DNA of 54,066 nucleotides from Candidatus Thioglobus sp. (GTDB taxonomy: Bacteria; Pseudomonadota; Gammaproteobacteria; PS1; Pseudothioglobaceae). The position numbers and the translations under genes were made by a program. Shown in pieces: positions 20,203 to 30,188 of this stretch. How positions within the stretch are numbered: position 1 is the stretch's first letter; every line of letters begins with the position of its first letter. The notes beneath the pieces were generated by a model. It was not told the origin of the DNA. It made no database searches and saw only the letters and a program-made list of their open reading frames with translations. The stretch lies in the NCBI RefSeq assembly GCF_028599055.1, contig NZ_JAQRMS010000001.1, positions 1 through 54,066 of the forward strand, read 5' to 3'.

Positions 20203-20607
20203 ATGGCTACAAAGAAATTTATGTATTTAAATCGCCGATCTTCATTTGGTACGGTGTATGCTATTGAATCATTAGAAGTGGTATTAATCGCTGCTGCTTT
20301 TGAGCAAGACGTATCTTTAGCCTTTATGGACGATGGTGTTTACCAAATCGTTGAAGGTCAAGAAACTGATGGCATTGGCATGAAAAACTTTTCTAAAACG
20401 TTTCACGCACTAGGTGATTACGACATCAACAAACTTTATGTTTCTAAAGAGTCTTTAGAGGAAAGAGGTTTGTCTGAATCTGATCTAATGCCTTTGGTGT
20501 ATGAAGATGAAGATGACGACTGGGAAGAAAAGCCTTCTATTAAAGTTGTTACTAATGATGAACTTAAAGCAATCATGTCTGAACAAGACGTTTGCTTAAG
20601 TTTCTAA
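20203..20607 (+). CDS. dsrF: DsrF
   Basis: GTVYAIESLEVVLIAAAFEQDVSLAFMDDGVYQ; ATG at 20203. Confidence 0.95.
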   Translation: MATKKFMYLNRRSSFGTVYAIESLEVVLIAAAFEQDVSLAFMDDGVYQIVEGQETDGIGMKNFSKTFHALGDYDINKLYVSKESLEERGLSESDLMPLVYEDEDDDWEEKPSIKVVTNDELKAIMSEQDVCLSF

Positions 20608-20619
20608 GAGAGGTTTAAT

Positions 20620-20916
20620 ATGTTACATACAGTAAACAAATCATCTTTCGAGCGTAATTCACTACAATCTTGTTTAAATACAATTGACGACACTAGCGTT
20701 ATTTTATTTATTGAAGATGGTGTGATTAATGCAGCGAATAACGCTAATTCATCAATGATTGCAGATCTTGCCGCTAATGGCCGTGTATTTGCATTACAAG
20801 GCGATGTTGAGGCAAGAGGAATTTCTTCAAAATTAGCAGATAATATCAAATTAGTTGATTATGCTGGTTTCGTTGATCTAGTTGTTGAACATGGAACTGC
20901 GGTTTCTTGGGTTTAA
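20620..20916 (+). CDS. dsrH: DsrH
   Basis: MLHTVNKS..ERNSLQSCL, IEDGV, DVEARG, VDYAGFVDLV. Confidence 0.95.
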   Translation: MLHTVNKSSFERNSLQSCLNTIDDTSVILFIEDGVINAANNANSSMIADLAANGRVFALQGDVEARGISSKLADNIKLVDYAGFVDLVVEHGTAVSWV

Positions 20917-20943
20917 CTAAAATTTTTATATAGGAGTACGATT

Positions 20944-21267
20944 ATGGCACAAATTTGTGGCGCTGAAGTAGATGAAGAAGGTTTCTTAGTAGACCTTAAA
21001 GATTGGAACGAAGACATTTGTAAGCAAATGGCTCAAGACGACGATGTAGAGTTAACAGACGAGCATTGGGACGTTATTAATTTCTTACGTGAGTATTTTG
21101 AAGAGTACCAAATTGCACCTGCAGTTCGTGTATTAACAAAAGCAATCGCTAAGAGAATGGGTAAAGACAAGGGTAACTCTAAGTACCTTTACTCTTTATT
21201 CCCTTACGGTCCTGGTAAGCAAGGTTGTCGTTTCGCTGGTCTTCCTAAGCCGACTGGTTGTATCTAA
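20944..21267 (+). CDS. dsrC: DsrC
   Basis: LFPYGPGKQGCRFAGLPKPTGCI with both conserved Cys. Confidence 0.97.
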   Translation: MAQICGAEVDEEGFLVDLKDWNEDICKQMAQDDDVELTDEHWDVINFLREYFEEYQIAPAVRVLTKAIAKRMGKDKGNSKYLYSLFPYGPGKQGCRFAGLPKPTGCI

Positions 21268-21284
21268 ATAGATATAGCTAATTG

Positions 21285-21317
21285 AAAAACATCTGCAGTT
21301 TATGCAGGTGTTTTTTT
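21285..21317 (+). terminator. intra-operon terminator after dsrC
   Basis: AAAAACATCTGCA-GTTTA-TGCAGGTGTTTTTTT. Confidence 0.75.
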
Positions 21318-21346
21318 ATTTTTTAAACATAAAGTTTGAGAGCAAT

Positions 21347-22120
21347 ATGTCAACATTAAGCATTATTTTTACCGCTTTATTTTACATTTCCCTATTCGTT
21401 TTTATCGTGGGCATGGGTAAGAAGATCTATCAATTTTGGATCACCCCGGCACCGTTAAAAATTCCAACTGCACCAACCCAATTAACACAAACAGGTGTGG
21501 TTTTTAGAATGATTCGTGAAGTGACTTTATTTGAAAGTCTTTTCCGTTCAAATAAGTGGATCTGGTTATTCGGATTCCTATTTCATTTTGGCTTACTATT
21601 AGTATTAGTGCGTCATTTGCGTTACTTTATCCCAGGTGATTTGCCTGAGATTTTCTTATTAATGCAACCCTTTAAATACGCCGCCTTCGCCATGGTAATT
21701 GGTCTAGCTGGTTTATTGGCACGTCGTATTTTTGTCCCACGCATTCGCTACATTTCTGCACCAAGTGATTACTTAATGTTGTTAATGCTGATTGTAATCG
21801 GCGTTAGTGGTGTGATCATGACGTTTACTGATAATCATACAGATGTGATGGCAGTTAAAGCATTTGCCAGCGGCTTGGTTACTTTTGATTGGGCCAATCT
21901 ACCAACTGAAATACACTTCCTAGTGCATTTATTCTTAGTATTTGTATTATTGGCAGTGTTTCCAATTTCTAAATTATTGCACGTACCAGGCGTTTTCTTT
22001 AGCCCAACACGTAACCAAGTTGATGATGCGCGTAAAAAGCGTCACATTTCTCCTTGGGCATTGCAACAAGAAAAAGAGCATGCGGTAAAGCTTGAACAAA
22101 CATTAGGTAAGGACGAATAA
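21347..22120 (+). CDS. dsrM: DsrM membrane b-type cytochrome
   Basis: TPAPLKIPT, FHFGLLLVLVRHLRYF, FPISKLLH, SPTRNQVD; start MSTLS. Confidence 0.95.
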   Translation: MSTLSIIFTALFYISLFVFIVGMGKKIYQFWITPAPLKIPTAPTQLTQTGVVFRMIREVTLFESLFRSNKWIWLFGFLFHFGLLLVLVRHLRYFIPGDLPEIFLLMQPFKYAAFAMVIGLAGLLARRIFVPRIRYISAPSDYLMLLMLIVIGVSGVIMTFTDNHTDVMAVKAFASGLVTFDWANLPTEIHFLVHLFLVFVLLAVFPISKLLHVPGVFFSPTRNQVDDARKKRHISPWALQQEKEHAVKLEQTLGKDE

Positions 22121-22121
22121 A

Positions 22122-23705
22122 ATGGCTGCTAAAGAATTTGATATCCCTAAACTACCCACTTACATTGAGATACCTGAATTAAATCCAGGTGTTATGGAAG
22201 GTGAGGGTCCGTTTAAATCTTCTGAAGAGTTTCAGAATCCATTAGGTTTTCCAGGTGAAAAGGTTGACAACTGGCAAGAAGTTGCCATTGCCAAAATGGG
22301 TGAGCTTAAATCTAAATACCGTTCAGTTCAGGTATTTCTAGATTCATGTGTTAAATGTGGTGCGTGTACTGATAAGTGTCATTATTTCCTAGGTTCATCT
22401 GATCCGAAAAACATGCCGGTTGCGCGTCAAGATTTATTCCGTAGTGTTTATCGCCGTCACTTTACTTTTGCGGGTAAATACTTCCCTAAGTTAGTGGGCG
22501 CTAAGGAACTTGACGATGACATGTTGGATGATTGGTACAACTATTTTCACCAGTGTTCACAGTGTCGTCGTTGTTCAGTATTTTGCCCGTACGGTATTGA
22601 TACAGCTGAAATTTCGATGGCAGCTCGTGAAGTGTTAGATGCCGTTGGTTTGGGTCAAAAATACTGTAACCAAATTTTAGGCAAGGCGCTTACCGTTGGT
22701 AATAACCTTGGCCTTCCTGAGCCAGCATTAAAAGATACTTTGCTAGATTTAGAAGAAGAAGTTGAAGAGGATTTTGGTGCGCCAGTTAAATATCCTTTGG
22801 ATGTTAAGGGTAGTGAAATTTTACTCATCACCCCTTCAGCGGATTTCTTTGCTGAGCCGCACATTGACGGTTTAATTGGTTATGGTAAAGTTTTCTATCA
22901 AGACGGTGTTAGCTGGACATTAAGTTCATACGCCTCTGAAGGTGCAAACTTTGGTATGTTTATTGGTTCTTATGACATTATGCGTAAAGCAGCATTAAGA
23001 ATTCGTAAAGCAGCACTAGATTTAGAAGTATCGCGTGTAATGGTTGGTGAGTGTGGCCATGCTTGGCGTGTGGCTTATAGCTTCTGGAACACGTTAAGTG
23101 GTGTTGGTGCTGGTGCGCAATCTAGTGATGAGCATGCGATGAAATTGCAAAAGCAGTTGGATCATCGTTACCCACAGCCACAACATATTATTGAATACAC
23201 TTATGATTTAATTCAAAGAAATAAGCTAGAATTCGATAAGTCAGAAAATGACGACCGTACGGTTACTTTCCACGATTCATGTAACGTTGCACGTGCAACA
23301 AACATGGGCGGTATTGAAGGCGGTCAATTCATTCTTCCACGTGAGGTAATTAAAGCGGTTTGTAATAATTACGTTGACATGGAAAGATCAACCATTAAAG
23401 AATCTACATTCTGTTGTGGCGGTGGCGGCGGCCTGTTAACCGATGACTTAATGGAGATTCGTGTTAAGGGCGCTATGCCGAGAATGCAAGCCCTAAAAGA
23501 AGTAGAAAAGAACAATGGTGTTGATACTTTAGCCGCAATTTGTGCAATTTGTAAGTCACAATTTACCAAAGTATTACCTAAATTTGATTTTGATCCTTAC
23601 ATGATTGTTAGTGTTCACCAATTGGTGAGTAATGCAATTATTTTGGACAAGCCACAAACTGATGCAACTGACGCTGAACAGGCTCAGGAAGCAGAAACTG
23701 AATAA
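22122..23705 (+). CDS. dsrK: DsrK (HdrD-like Fe-S subunit)
   Basis: CVKCGACTDKC, CSQCRRCSVFC, GECGH, FCCGGGGG CCG domain. Confidence 0.96.
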   Translation: MAAKEFDIPKLPTYIEIPELNPGVMEGEGPFKSSEEFQNPLGFPGEKVDNWQEVAIAKMGELKSKYRSVQVFLDSCVKCGACTDKCHYFLGSSDPKNMPVARQDLFRSVYRRHFTFAGKYFPKLVGAKELDDDMLDDWYNYFHQCSQCRRCSVFCPYGIDTAEISMAAREVLDAVGLGQKYCNQILGKALTVGNNLGLPEPALKDTLLDLEEEVEEDFGAPVKYPLDVKGSEILLITPSADFFAEPHIDGLIGYGKVFYQDGVSWTLSSYASEGANFGMFIGSYDIMRKAALRIRKAALDLEVSRVMVGECGHAWRVAYSFWNTLSGVGAGAQSSDEHAMKLQKQLDHRYPQPQHIIEYTYDLIQRNKLEFDKSENDDRTVTFHDSCNVARATNMGGIEGGQFILPREVIKAVCNNYVDMERSTIKESTFCCGGGGGLLTDDLMEIRVKGAMPRMQALKEVEKNNGVDTLAAICAICKSQFTKVLPKFDFDPYMIVSVHQLVSNAIILDKPQTDATDAEQAQEAETE

Positions 23706-23722
23706 AAACAAGGAGATTTATT

Positions 23723-25681
23723 ATGCAAAAGAATGCTTACGGTCAACCCACTAAAGGTGAAAACCATACGTTTAGATTATATAAAGATGATGAACAGGGT
23801 GCAGTACCTTGGAATCAGATGATCTTTAAAGAAGATACTTCTCATAAGTGTCCTACTTACGTAACTCAAACACCTCCTTGTCAAGGTTCATGCCCTTCTG
23901 GTCATAATATCCGTGGTTGGTTAGATATCGTTCGCGGTATGGAAAAGCCATCAGGCGATATGTCATGGCAAGAGTACGCTTTCCGTCGTTCTACATCTGC
24001 AAATCCATTCCCATCGGTTATGGGTCGTGTATGTCCAGCACCTTGTGAAGATGGCTGTAACCGTAATGAAGTTGAAGACACGGTTGGTATTAATGCGGTT
24101 GAGCAATTTATTGGTGATAACGCTAAGAAAGAGGGTTACACATTTGAAATCGATGCGGCAGATACAGGCAAGAAAGTAGCGATTATCGGTGGTGGTTGTG
24201 GTGGTCTTGCGGCTGCATTGCAATTGCGTCGTAGTGGTCATGCAGTAACAGTATTTGAAAAGTACGACCAATTAGGCGGCATGATGATGTACGGTATTCC
24301 TGATTACCGTGTTCCGCGTGATGTATTAGGTCACGAAATTGATCGTATTATTGCAACCGGTGTTGAAACTAAGATGAACACTAAAGTAGGTGTCGATGTA
24401 ACGGTTGAAGAATTAGAAAAAGAATATGACGCAGTATTATTTGCAATCGGTGCAATGAGTGGTCGTACACTGCCAATTCCGGGTGGTGACGCTTCTAACT
24501 GTGTATCTGGTGTGGCTTTCCTTGAAGCTTACAACCAAGGTCGTTTGCAACACATTACCGGTAAAGTAATTTGTATTGGTGGTGGTGATACATCAATCGA
24601 CGTTGTATCAGTTGCTCGTCGTTTGGGTAATATTACTAATATTGCTGATAAGGATCGTCCAGAGCACATCATCTTTAACGACACAGCGCACGACGTGGTT
24701 GATACGTCTAAGCGTTTAGGTGCAGATGTATTATTGACAACGCGTTCTACCCTAGAAGACATGCCTGCAGCACAAGAAGAAATTGATGATGCAACGCGTG
24801 AAGGTGTTGATATTCAAGGTCAATTAAGCCCAGTTGAAGTAATTACTGATGGTGAGGGTCGTGCAACCGCATTACGTTTTGTTCGCCTAGAAGATGATGG
24901 CAATACTCCAATTGAAGGTTCTGAGTTTGATATTGAGTGTGAGTTAATCGTATCAGCGATTGGTCAAGGTGTTGACTCTGAAGGTATGGATGATTCATTC
25001 TTTAACGAATATGGCTTTATTGATGCTGACAAAAATTACCAGGTACCTAATAAGCCAGGTTTCTTTGTTTGTGGTGACGTTGTGCGCCCTCACTTATTAA
25101 CTACTGCAATTGGACAAGCAGGTATTGTTGCTGAAAGTATTGATGATTATTTAGTAGGCAATAATCAAAAAGCACGTAACAAGGTTGACGTGCATTACTT
25201 TGATTTGGCTAAGAAGCTTGATGAGTGGGATTTATCTCCAGAAGGTTATGAAGCGGGCGGTACTGCTGGTGAAGGTACAGATACAGCTGATTATGCAATT
25301 CATAACTACGAAGATCGTGCGTATGCATCAATCGTTTCTCACACTGAATTATTCCTAGGTCACTTTGATAACGAAGAGCGTAATGCGCGTAATCATAAAG
25401 TGGTTGATACTGAAAACGTATTGGGTAACTTTGAAGAACGTTTAATTGGCTACACAGAAGAAGAAGTACAAACAGAAGCGGCGCGTTGTATGTCATGTGG
25501 TTTATGTTTTGAGTGTGATAACTGTGTCATGTATTGTCCTCAGGATGCAGTATTTAAAGTGAAAGCTGACAAAGCTACTTTAGGTCGTTACGTAGATACT
25601 GATTACAATAAGTGTGTTGGTTGTCATATTTGTGCTGACGTATGTCCTACAGGCTACATTCAGATGGGTCTTGGTGAGTAA
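23723..25681 (+). CDS. dsrL: DsrL iron-sulfur flavoprotein
   Basis: TPPCQGSCPSG, two Rossmann motifs, RCMSCGLCFECDNC, C-terminal CPTGYIQMGLGE. Confidence 0.95.
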   Translation: MQKNAYGQPTKGENHTFRLYKDDEQGAVPWNQMIFKEDTSHKCPTYVTQTPPCQGSCPSGHNIRGWLDIVRGMEKPSGDMSWQEYAFRRSTSANPFPSVMGRVCPAPCEDGCNRNEVEDTVGINAVEQFIGDNAKKEGYTFEIDAADTGKKVAIIGGGCGGLAAALQLRRSGHAVTVFEKYDQLGGMMMYGIPDYRVPRDVLGHEIDRIIATGVETKMNTKVGVDVTVEELEKEYDAVLFAIGAMSGRTLPIPGGDASNCVSGVAFLEAYNQGRLQHITGKVICIGGGDTSIDVVSVARRLGNITNIADKDRPEHIIFNDTAHDVVDTSKRLGADVLLTTRSTLEDMPAAQEEIDDATREGVDIQGQLSPVEVITDGEGRATALRFVRLEDDGNTPIEGSEFDIECELIVSAIGQGVDSEGMDDSFFNEYGFIDADKNYQVPNKPGFFVCGDVVRPHLLTTAIGQAGIVAESIDDYLVGNNQKARNKVDVHYFDLAKKLDEWDLSPEGYEAGGTAGEGTDTADYAIHNYEDRAYASIVSHTELFLGHFDNEERNARNHKVVDTENVLGNFEERLIGYTEEEVQTEAARCMSCGLCFECDNCVMYCPQDAVFKVKADKATLGRYVDTDYNKCVGCHICADVCPTGYIQMGLGE

Positions 25682-25711
25682 TACGATTTAATTTTTTTAA
25701 AGAGAGTGATT

Positions 25712-26116
25712 ATGAGTCGTTTATTGATTGTGTTCTTAAGTGTGATGTTAAGCAGTGTTGTTGCACAGGCTGATCACCACATTCCTAATCTTGGTGAGAA
25801 AGCTACTGAGTTTAAGGATGAGGGTAAAGAAGCGCATAAGCGTGATGGCATGAGCCATGCGGCAAGCTTAATTTTGCAACGTAAAATGCATCCTGAGCTG
25901 TTGTCACACAAGCGTGATAAAACATTGCGCCAAGGTGTGCGTGGTGGTGTTGTTCAACTGAGCAAATGTGTGGAATGTCATACGTCAGTTGATAAAGATG
26001 GCGAATTTATTCCAGTTAATGCGCCGGATCAATTTTGTTCTACTTGTCATAAAAAGGTAGGAACGAGTCTTGATTGTTTCTCTTGTCATCGTACAACACC
26101 TGCGGAGGAAATGTAA
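25712..26116 (+). CDS. dsrJ: DsrJ triheme cytochrome c
   Basis: Signal peptide, HKRDKTLRQGVR, three CxxCH motifs; position in operon. Confidence 0.92.
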   Translation: MSRLLIVFLSVMLSSVVAQADHHIPNLGEKATEFKDEGKEAHKRDGMSHAASLILQRKMHPELLSHKRDKTLRQGVRGGVVQLSKCVECHTSVDKDGEFIPVNAPDQFCSTCHKKVGTSLDCFSCHRTTPAEEM

Positions 26117-26850
26117 TGAAAGAATTAAATCGTCGTGATTTTATTAAAACTACTACAGCAACTACAGCTGGTGTGGCAACCATTGCCAGTGGTATTACAT
26201 TAACAACCTATGCAGCACTACCAAAAGAATCTAATCCGGTAACCAACGAAAAACGTTGGGGTATGCTAATTGACACCAATAAGTTAACTGAGTCTAATAT
26301 TGACGATATGGTTAACGCCTGTCAAGAAGAGCATGGCTGGGGCAATGAAACCCACTCAACGGGTGATCAGCAAGCAGGCTGGATTAAGAAAATTAAGGTT
26401 AAAGATAAGGCAACTGAGCGCATTAGCAATTTGGCATTAATGTGTCAGCATTGTGAAGAACCACCTTGTGTGGATGTGTGTCCAACTAACGCTTCAATGA
26501 AGCGCGAAGACGGCATTGTGCTGGTCGATAAGCATCTATGTATTGGTTGTCGTTATTGTATGATGGCATGCCCATATGACGCCCGTTCATTCGTACACGA
26601 ATCATTAACGAATCAAAAAACCCATATGCCTCGTGGTAAAGGTACAGTTGAAGCTTGTACGATGTGTGTACACAAAGTTGACAAGGGTGAGGCGCCCGCT
26701 TGTGTTGCTAGTGTTTCTAGCGATGCGGTTATCTTTGGTGATTTGTACGATCCAACTAGTAAGATCAATCAGACATTAAAGAAAGTTCAAAGTACACAAA
26801 TCCGTGCAGATTTAAATCTGAATACGGGCGTACGTTACAGTGGAATTTAA
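26116..26850 (+). CDS. dsrO: DsrO Tat-exported Fe-S protein
   Basis: NRRDFIK Tat motif, CQHCEEPPCVDVCP, CIGCRYCMMACP; ATG overlaps dsrJ stop. Confidence 0.94.
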   Translation: MKELNRRDFIKTTTATTAGVATIASGITLTTYAALPKESNPVTNEKRWGMLIDTNKLTESNIDDMVNACQEEHGWGNETHSTGDQQAGWIKKIKVKDKATERISNLALMCQHCEEPPCVDVCPTNASMKREDGIVLVDKHLCIGCRYCMMACPYDARSFVHESLTNQKTHMPRGKGTVEACTMCVHKVDKGEAPACVASVSSDAVIFGDLYDPTSKINQTLKKVQSTQIRADLNLNTGVRYSGI

Positions 26851-26859
26851 GAGTAGATT

Positions 26860-28062
26860 ATGAGTATTATTCGTTACGAACAAACACAGGGTAAGAGTCT
26901 TGGTTTTTATGCATTGATTGCTGGCTTGGGCGCTTTTATTTTAGCTGCTTTGGCAGGTGTTTATTACATGGAGCATAACGGTCATCACGTGACTGGTATG
27001 AGTAATCGTATTGTTTGGGGTTTGCCACATGTATTTGCCTTATTCTTGATTGTTGCCGCTTCAGGTGCGCTTAATGTTGCTTCAATTGCATCAGTTTTTC
27101 AAAAGAAAATCTACAAACCGTTATCACGCTTATCAGGCTTAGTTGCTTTGGCCTTGCTTGCAGGTGGTTTGATGGTGTTAGTGCTTGACCTAGGTCGTCC
27201 AGATCGTTTGATTGTGGCGATGACTGAGTACAACTTCAATTCAATTTTTGCTTGGAATATTATTTTATATAACGGTTTCTTTGCAATTGTTGCTGTTTAT
27301 TTATGGATGATGTTCGAGCGTCGTATGAATAAATACAGCCGTACAGTGGGTGTTGCTGCCTTTACTTGGCGTTTAATTTTAACGACTGGTACCGGTTCAA
27401 TTTTCGGCTTCTTGGTGGCTAGACAAGCTTATGATGCCGTTATGATGGCACCAATGTTTGTAATTATGTCTTTTGCATTTGGTTTAGCATTCTTCATTTT
27501 GATTTTAATGGCAAGTTACAAGTGGACTGAGCGCCAGTTAGGTGATGCTATTGTCAATCGCTTAAGTAATCTTTTGGGTGTATTTGTAGCGGCAGTACTT
27601 TACTTTGTTGCGGTATACCATGTAGGTAATTTATATCTTGTTGAAAATTCGGGTGTTGAGAATTTCATCTTAGTTGATGGTGGTATTTATACTCAATTAT
27701 TCTGGTACGGTCAAATCATCTTAGGTAGCTTGGTACCCTTAGCTTTATTGTATTCACCTGCAACTAGAGGTAACCGTACAATGCTTGGATTGGCTTCAGT
27801 GTTGATTATTGTTGGCGGCCTTGTGCAGTTATACGTCATTATTATTGGTGGCCAGGCTTACCCAATGGAGCTATTCCCAGGTAAAGAAATTCTTGAAGGC
27901 TACGGTGGTATTGCTGCTTACACACCAACATTGGCTGAGCTAATGTTAGGCTTGGGTGGTATTGCAGTATCGTTAATTGCAGTAACTTACCTAGTTAAGT
28001 TCTTGCCGTTTTTGCCAGAGAGTTTGGCAGATGATGTGGCTGATCCTCATCATAAGGGCTAA
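26860..28062 (+). CDS. dsrP: DsrP (NrfD/PsrC family)
   Basis: TGMSNRIVWGLPH, DLGRPDRL, IIGGQAYP; multi-TM. Confidence 0.94.
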   Translation: MSIIRYEQTQGKSLGFYALIAGLGAFILAALAGVYYMEHNGHHVTGMSNRIVWGLPHVFALFLIVAASGALNVASIASVFQKKIYKPLSRLSGLVALALLAGGLMVLVLDLGRPDRLIVAMTEYNFNSIFAWNIILYNGFFAIVAVYLWMMFERRMNKYSRTVGVAAFTWRLILTTGTGSIFGFLVARQAYDAVMMAPMFVIMSFAFGLAFFILILMASYKWTERQLGDAIVNRLSNLLGVFVAAVLYFVAVYHVGNLYLVENSGVENFILVDGGIYTQLFWYGQIILGSLVPLALLYSPATRGNRTMLGLASVLIIVGGLVQLYVIIIGGQAYPMELFPGKEILEGYGGIAAYTPTLAELMLGLGGIAVSLIAVTYLVKFLPFLPESLADDVADPHHKG

Positions 28063-28084
28063 TAGCCATTAGGGCAAGGCATTC

Positions 28085-29440
28085 ATGTCTGTCTATTTAT
28101 CTGCAGCACACAAATCCTCAGGCAAAACTGTTGTTAGTCTGGGGATTTGTGGCGCTCTGAGCGCTCAAAAATTAACTGTACAGCCATTTAAAAAAGGCCC
28201 AGATTACATTGACCCAATTTGGCTGACACAAGCCAGTGGACAGTCATGTTATAACCTTGATTTTTATAACATGACTGAGGCTGAGATTATTGAGCTGTAT
28301 CAGTCTAAACATTCATTAGCTGATGTCTCTATTATTGAAGGTAATAAGGGCTTGTATGATGGTATGAGTGTTGCTGGTGGTGATGCCAATGCTGACCTGG
28401 CCAAACTATTAAATATTCCTGTGGTCTTGGTGGTGGATACAACCGGCATTACTCGAGGTGTGGCACCACTGGTAAAAGGCTATCAAGATTTTGATCCAGC
28501 GGTTAATATTGCCGGTGTTATTCTTAATAAAGTAGCGGGTGAGCGTCATCAGTCAAAACTGGTTCAAGCTATTGAACACTACACAGATCTTGAGGTGATT
28601 GGCTCAGTGCGACGTTCTAAAGAGTTAATTATTGATGAGCGTCATTTAGGCTTAATGCCTGCCAATGAAACGCCACAATCACAAGCATTTATTAATACCG
28701 CATCACGCCTAATTGCAGATCAGGTTAATCTTGAGCGTATGGTTAAACGTCAGGCAGAAACAGAAAAAACTAGTCAAGTGGCAATCAACCTAGTTGAGTC
28801 CAAACTTACTGTTGCTGTAGCAAAAGATCAGTGTTTTGGTTTTTATTATCAAGATGACTTGGACAAATTTGAAGCGCTTGGTGTTAAGATTAAATATTTT
28901 GATAGCTTGAGTGATCAACAGTTGCCGGCCTGTGATGGGCTATTTATTGGTGGTGGATTTCCAGAAATGCAATTATCGTCACTTAGTAATAATCAATCAT
29001 TATTAAGCGATATTAAACACAAAATAGAGCAAGGGCTGCCTACTTATGCAGAATGTGGTGGCTTGATGTACTTAACCAATCAAATTACCAGCAAAGACGA
29101 GTGTTATTCAATGGTTGGTGTTATTGATGCAGATACTAAAATGACGCCCAAGCCAATTGGCCGTGGATATGTGCAGTTAGCACCACTAACAACACACCCT
29201 TGGCAATCAGTTGCTAGCACGATTAAAGCACACGAATTTCATTACTCAACTTTAGAAAACATTGATCCCAATACACGCTACGCTTTTGAGGTTTTGCGTG
29301 GCGTGGGTGTGGATAATAAGCGTGATGGTATCGTTAAGTATAATTTACTAGCTAGCTATACACATCTACGCAATCTTGCTGGTAATCAGTGGGTTGAGCA
29401 ATTTGTTGATTTTATCAAAACTAAGAAAAATTCATTATGA
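28085..29440 (+). CDS. dsrN: DsrN siroheme amidase (CobB/CbiA-like)
   Basis: SAAHKSSGKT, FKKGPDYID, ERHLGL, YAECGGLMYL, AHEFHYS; operon position. Confidence 0.93.
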   Translation: MSVYLSAAHKSSGKTVVSLGICGALSAQKLTVQPFKKGPDYIDPIWLTQASGQSCYNLDFYNMTEAEIIELYQSKHSLADVSIIEGNKGLYDGMSVAGGDANADLAKLLNIPVVLVVDTTGITRGVAPLVKGYQDFDPAVNIAGVILNKVAGERHQSKLVQAIEHYTDLEVIGSVRRSKELIIDERHLGLMPANETPQSQAFINTASRLIADQVNLERMVKRQAETEKTSQVAINLVESKLTVAVAKDQCFGFYYQDDLDKFEALGVKIKYFDSLSDQQLPACDGLFIGGGFPEMQLSSLSNNQSLLSDIKHKIEQGLPTYAECGGLMYLTNQITSKDECYSMVGVIDADTKMTPKPIGRGYVQLAPLTTHPWQSVASTIKAHEFHYSTLENIDPNTRYAFEVLRGVGVDNKRDGIVKYNLLASYTHLRNLAGNQWVEQFVDFIKTKKNSL

Positions 29441-29769
29441 TCACTATTACTAAAAAAGCAGCAGAAGAGATCTCTCTATCAACTCACAATCCTGAAACGC
29501 AAGGGTTAATTATCCGCTTTGCTGTTGATCAAACCGACAATGGTTTTCAATACTTAATGGGTTTTGATGAGCGTCGTGATGGTGATATCCATCTTGAATC
29601 CAATGGGCTTGAATACATTCTTGCCTACGAGCAAAAAGCCTTGCTTGAAGGGATGGTGGTTGATTTTGACCAGATCCAGGTAGGTGAAGACTATAGCTTT
29701 GTGTTCATGAATCCGAACGATCCAGATTACACCGAACCTGAACAAGGTCACGCACCAACTAAAGCTTAA
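29437..29769 (+). CDS. dsrR: DsrR (IscA-like, Cys-free)
   Basis: ITITKKAAEEI, YLMGFD, FVFMNPND; follows dsrN. Confidence 0.88.
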   Translation: MITITKKAAEEISLSTHNPETQGLIIRFAVDQTDNGFQYLMGFDERRDGDIHLESNGLEYILAYEQKALLEGMVVDFDQIQVGEDYSFVFMNPNDPDYTEPEQGHAPTKA

Positions 29770-29800
29770 ATCGTTTGCCAATGCAATTTAAGCTGATTGC

Positions 29801-30175
29801 ATGAAAAAAACCATACAAAAAAATCTATTCATCTCACTGGGTTGGATATTTGTTATTCTAGCGGCGATTGGTGTAATTCTACCCATTTTGCCAACCACAC
29901 CTTTTCTTATTTTGGCATTAGCACTGTTTGCCAAAAGCTCGCCAAAATTTCATCAAATGCTACTTGAGCACCCCTGGTTTGGTGATTTATTAAGACAATG
30001 GGAGAAAACTAAAACCGTCAGCCGTAAAATCAAAATTCGCGCCAGTTTGTTAACAGTTGTTAGTTTTTCAATCTCGATTTATTTGGTTAGAGAGGTGCGC
30101 TTATTGCAGTGGATGTTGCTTGCAATCGCTGCTATTTTGCTATTTTTTATTTGGCGTTTAAAGGAGTGCGATTAA
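29801..30175 (+). CDS. YbaN/DUF454 family membrane protein
   Basis: IGVILPILPTTPFLILA...SSPKFH. Confidence 0.88.
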   Translation: MKKTIQKNLFISLGWIFVILAAIGVILPILPTTPFLILALALFAKSSPKFHQMLLEHPWFGDLLRQWEKTKTVSRKIKIRASLLTVVSFSISIYLVREVRLLQWMLLAIAAILLFFIWRLKECD

Positions 30176-30188
30176 CAACATTACAATA

